Of a stretch of DNA of 29,051 nt, positions 26,042 through 29,051 are shown piece by piece. Position numbers and translations under genes: made by a program. Source of the DNA: a virus (taxonomy: Duplodnaviria; Heunggongvirae; Uroviricota; Caudoviricetes); IMG/VR virus record IMGVR_UViG_2778261705_000026; one strand, written 5' to 3'. Under the pieces are notes generated by a model, which saw nothing but the letters and a program-made list of their open reading frames with translations, had not been told where the DNA came from and searched no databases. Position 1 is the first letter of the stretch, and each line of letters opens with the position of its first letter.

Positions 26042-26341
26042 TCAGCTCCTTTTATCGTTAAGTTGCCTGGATACATCAGCGCAATAACTGGCAAGTTCTG
26101 TCGTTAATTTTGTCAGTTCATCCACTGAGGAAATTTGCTTGTGGAATACAGCGCGTTTAACAAGTAAATTGACCACATCAGACAGGAGGTTTAATTCATT
26201 CTGATAAATCGCGATAACAGATTCAGTTATGTCGCGTTTTTCTTTATCAAAGCAAAGTTGAATAAGAGACAAATCGCCATTTTTCATAACGGCGATTTTT
26301 AAGGCGTTATTCAGTAATACAACTGAATGAGAACAGGACAT
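26042..26341 (-). CDS. Small early-operon protein (P2 orf81 position), 99 aa
   Basis: ATG 26339-26341 overlaps the upstream stop (ATGA); the track start at 26344 is TTG. Confidence 0.6.
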   Translation of the reverse strand: MSCSHSVVLLNNALKIAVMKNGDLSLIQLCFDKEKRDITESVIAIYQNELNLLSDVVNLLVKRAVFHKQISSVDELTKLTTELASYCADVSRQLNDKRS

Positions 26342-26565
26342 CAAAGCACCTCCCCGCGAGACAATCCGATATTGTGAAATTTTTCCGACTCCTGACTGAG
26401 CAGCTCGACTATCTCCACGCGGGATAACTCCGCCTTTGTGATATGGCGAATCATGGCGTCAAGATGAGAAGAAAAGCGTGTCGCTGCGTCGGCCTGTGCT
26501 TCGGCTCTGGCCTGTTGCAGCAGTAATGCGTATTTACCGCACTTGTTTTCAGAAACTGTATGCAT
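26341..26565 (-). CDS. Small early-operon protein (P2 orf80 position), 74 aa
   Basis: ATG start; conserved position after B. Confidence 0.6.
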   Translation of the reverse strand: MHTVSENKCGKYALLLQQARAEAQADAATRFSSHLDAMIRHITKAELSRVEIVELLSQESEKFHNIGLSRGEVL

Positions 26566-26628
26566 GACTTTCTCCAGGCAAAAAGAAGCCCCGCACGATT
26601 AAGTGCGTTAAAAACTCTGGTTAATTAT

Positions 26629-27129
26629 TTAATGCAGATATTGCTCTGGTTTTACCGACGTCAGAATTGTCGGTGCATACTCAAACAGGCTGAATAATTC
26701 ACGTAATGCACGGAATAAAGCATCACGCCAGTAACATGATTCTTCATTAATTCGCCAGTATGGCTGGTTGAATTCTTTTTCAGTCAATCCGGCATGCATA
26801 AATAAAGTACGACGCTGACTGACTGTTAAAAAACTAATATATGCATACTCACTTGCGCCAACCTGACGGCGTTTTGAGAATGCCCCACGCAATTCATCAA
26901 TTGCACAAACCAGCCGTTCACGTTCGACGTCGTTCATTTCTTCAAAACGCATCGTTGCGTGACGCTGTTTTAACTGCGCATGGAAGCAAACCGTTAGCCG
27001 TTCGCGTTCCATCATCTGATTATAATAATCACATGTATCCTGCCAGCGAGGGACGGCAAGATGCTTGCCAATTATCCGGCGCATAGCTGCTGGCTGTTTT
27101 TCAACGAGATTGAGCGTCATCACTGTCAT
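26629..27129 (-). CDS. B: Replication protein B (helicase-loader-like), 166 aa
   Basis: Size and position match P2 gpB. Confidence 0.85.
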   Translation of the reverse strand: MTVMTLNLVEKQPAAMRRIIGKHLAVPRWQDTCDYYNQMMERERLTVCFHAQLKQRHATMRFEEMNDVERERLVCAIDELRGAFSKRRQVGASEYAYISFLTVSQRRTLFMHAGLTEKEFNQPYWRINEESCYWRDALFRALRELFSLFEYAPTILTSVKPEQYLH

Positions 27130-27323
27130 TTCCAGACCCTCCGGCTTTTCAGAAAGGTCAGAGCCTTTTTTAACGGACTCTGTTTTTTGGTGCGGATAAT
27201 GATTCCCTTGCGTCCCTTCCCGTGGGTGATGGTGAAGTCAATCGCCCTGGGGCTTTCGTTACGCAATAACTGAGCAATACAACGCGGCTCATTCATAATC
27301 ACAACCCCATCCACAAAAGCCAT
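27126..27323 (-). CDS. Small early protein (P2 orf78 position), 65 aa
   Basis: ATG start; between cox and B. Confidence 0.55.
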   Translation of the reverse strand: MAFVDGVVIMNEPRCIAQLLRNESPRAIDFTITHGKGRKGIIIRTKKQSPLKKALTFLKSRRVWK

Positions 27324-27586
27324 GCATCACGCTGTTCAACCGGTCGGTTATAAAACGCCTCACGTACAGCGCGATTAAACTCAGGAATGAAAACCCATTT
27401 TTCACCGGCACGAGCCTTCGGTTTGCAAGGATCACGCAATTCAATAATTGGTAATTTATTTGCCTTCACCATTTCACTGACAGCTGTCTTTGGCTTCCCT
27501 AATAAATCAGCAAATTTATCCACATGAACCGCATCAAGCGGATACTGAATCACATAATTTTCAGCGTCCATATATGGTACCCTCAT
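27299..27586 (-). CDS. cox: Cox (excisionase / early-operon regulator), 90-95 aa
   Basis: ...GKPKTAVSEMVKANKLPIIELRDPCKPKARAGEKWVFIPEFNRAVREAFYNRPVEQRDAWLLWMGL resembles P2 Cox; first gene of the operon divergent from C; an alternative ATG at 27571 would give 90 aa. Confidence 0.82.
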   Translation of the reverse strand: MRVPYMDAENYVIQYPLDAVHVDKFADLLGKPKTAVSEMVKANKLPIIELRDPCKPKARAGEKWVFIPEFNRAVREAFYNRPVEQRDAWLLWMGL

Positions 27587-27648
27587 AGGATCCAGCCCTT
27601 TCTAAACCACTCAAAACCGTTTAGACGCTGGTTTATTCTCAAATCAAT

Positions 27649-27697
27649 GGAACCTATATAGGTTCCAGTTTTGAGGGAATTTAGTCCCTATATAGGC
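27649..27697. promoter_or_regulatory. Immunity switch operators: two CCTATATAGG palindromes (27653-27662, 27688-27697), the first within a perfect 18-bp palindrome GGAACCTATATAGGTTCC
   Basis: Seen directly in the 121-bp cox-C divergent intergenic region; 35-bp centre-to-centre spacing; AT-rich region where the divergent promoters (Pe/Pc in P2) are expected. Confidence 0.6.
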
Positions 27698-27707
27698 ACC
27701 ATGTCAA

Positions 27708-28001
27708 ATGAAATTAAGCGAAAAGATTAAGGCCTTGCGTGAGGCTGAAGGGCTAAGCCAATCAAAATTCTGTGAAATCATAGAGTTACCGCTAAGCACA
27801 CTTAAAAAATATGAAGGAGGAAACTTTGAACCCGGTGGCACAGCTTTGCTAAAAATCACTATGCATCCCACATTCCAAAAATATGCTCTATGGCTTATGA
27901 CAGATAAAACCGCGCCGGACGCAGGACAAATCGCACCGGCTCTCGCGCACATTGGGCCAGAGTCAACAGAGTCCAACCACTCCGCGAAAAGGATTGGCTA
28001 A
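27708..28001 (+). CDS. C: Immunity repressor C, 97 aa
   Basis: ...LWLMTDKTAPDAGQIAPALAHIGPE... parallels P2 C (...LWFMTNQIAPESGQIAPALAHFG...) as I recall it; N-terminal HTH; divergent from cox. Confidence 0.85.
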   Translation: MKLSEKIKALREAEGLSQSKFCEIIELPLSTLKKYEGGNFEPGGTALLKITMHPTFQKYALWLMTDKTAPDAGQIAPALAHIGPESTESNHSAKRIG

Positions 28002-28070
28002 CTCTATATAAAGATTACATTTTCACCATTTGCTACCAAGATGGTGAATACAGCGCCGGAGGGCTTTCTT

Positions 28071-29051
28071 ATGGCAATTAAGAAGCTCGATGATGGTCGC
28101 TATGAAGTGGACATTAGACCTCGCGGTCGCGACGGAAAACGCATCCGCAGGAAATTCGAAAGAAAAGCTGAAGCACTAGCATTTGAGCGATACACAATCG
28201 CCAATGCCAGTCAGAAAGAATGGGGAGGCCAGCGAGCAGACCGCCGGACTTTGAGTGAGTTGCTGGACATCTGGTGGAAATATCACGGGCAAAACCACGA
28301 GCATGGAACAAAAGAGTTTAATCATCTACTCAAAACCATCAGCGGCATAGGTGATATACCAGTGAGCAGGATGAGCAAAAGGGCTTTGATGGATTATCGT
28401 TCCATGCGACTACGTGATGGTATCAGTGCCGCAACGATAAACCGTGACATGTACCGATTATCCGGCATGTTCACAAAATTAATTCAATTGGATGAATTTT
28501 CCGGGCAACACCCAATTCACGGACTGCCGCCACTGGCGGAGGCCAACCCTGAAATGACGTTCCTGGAAAAAGCAGAAATCGAAAAACTGTTAAATGTTTT
28601 GGCTGGTGATGACTTACTTGTCGCGCTTTTATGTCTGAGCACTGGAGGAAGATGGACGGAAGTTGCCACGCTAAAACCAGCACAGATTACAAATTGCAGG
28701 GTTACCTTCCTGAAAACCAAAAACGGTAAAAAGCGAACCGTGCCGATTTCTGAGGAACTGGAGAAAAAAGTTAAAGAGGAGGCCAGCGCCAAATTATTCA
28801 AAGTTGATTATGAGAAATTTTGCGGGATTTTACGCAGAGTGAAACCTGATATACCACCCAATCAGGCAACCCACATCCTGCGGCATACATTCGCAAGCCA
28901 TTTCATGATGAATGGGGGCAATATAATCGCACTGCAACAGATTCTGGGACATGCGAGCATTCAGCAGACGATGGCCTATGCGCACCTTGCGCCTGACTAT
29001 CTGCAAAATGCCGTCGCTCTGAATCCACTAAAAGGCGGAGTGACGTTATAA
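28071..29051 (+). CDS. int: Tyrosine integrase, 326 aa (336 aa if started at ATG 28041)
   Basis: MAIKKLDDGRYEVDIRP... N-terminus as in P2 Int; C-terminal HxxR...Y catalytic region (ILRHTFASHF...MAYAHL); GGAGGG ribosome-binding site 8 nt upstream of ATG 28071; stop at the window end. Confidence 0.9.
   Translation: MAIKKLDDGRYEVDIRPRGRDGKRIRRKFERKAEALAFERYTIANASQKEWGGQRADRRTLSELLDIWWKYHGQNHEHGTKEFNHLLKTISGIGDIPVSRMSKRALMDYRSMRLRDGISAATINRDMYRLSGMFTKLIQLDEFSGQHPIHGLPPLAEANPEMTFLEKAEIEKLLNVLAGDDLLVALLCLSTGGRWTEVATLKPAQITNCRVTFLKTKNGKKRTVPISEELEKKVKEEASAKLFKVDYEKFCGILRRVKPDIPPNQATHILRHTFASHFMMNGGNIIALQQILGHASIQQTMAYAHLAPDYLQNAVALNPLKGGVTL

Larger units (their letters stand above)
1..29051. mobile_element. 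P2-family (Peduovirus-like) prophage, near complete, interior from ogr to int; att junctions expected just outside the window
   Basis: Contiguous, syntenic set of P2 homologues across the whole window; ogr stop codon at 1-3 and int stop codon at 29049-29051. Confidence 0.9.

Noticed and set aside
1-29051. CRISPR arrays, IS elements/transposase genes, tRNA or rRNA genes
   Set aside because: No direct-repeat/spacer periodicity, no transposase-like ORFs or terminal inverted repeats, and no convincing tRNA cloverleaf were seen anywhere in the window.

Overview
The window is essentially one near-complete P2-family temperate myovirus prophage, running from the 3' end of ogr (position 1) to the stop codon of the integrase (position 29051), so the att junctions should lie just outside both ends. 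It is inverted relative to the canonical P2 map. Gene order is recognisable from the translated ORFs: ogr, D, U, T, E/E', FII, FI, a Gin/Hin-type invertase with an invertible tail-fibre segment, H, I, J, W, V, S, R, lysC/lysB/lysA, K, Y, X, L, M, N, O on the minus strand; P and Q on the plus strand; then a cos-like site, a short cargo island, the early replication operon (A, four small ORFs, B, orf78-like, cox) on the minus strand, and C plus int on the plus strand. Several ORF-track N-termini begin at GTG/TTG and were trimmed to the first internal ATG that matches the homologue or has a ribosome-binding site. The most interesting region is the roughly 1.3 kb cargo island between cos and gene A (about 21925-23267), where P2 carries old/tin: it holds an AT-rich 139-aa ORF with an Rx4HxF (HEPN/HepT-like) motif, a small ORF coupled to the upstream gene, and an ASCH/DUF3850-like ORF with a C-terminal HExxH motif. 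Second is a Mu-G-like invertible tail-fibre cassette whose two crossover sites I could place by eye (7312-7337 and 9158-9183). All identifications are from reading the sequence and from memory of P2, Mu and Hin/Gin biology; no database search or computation was run.
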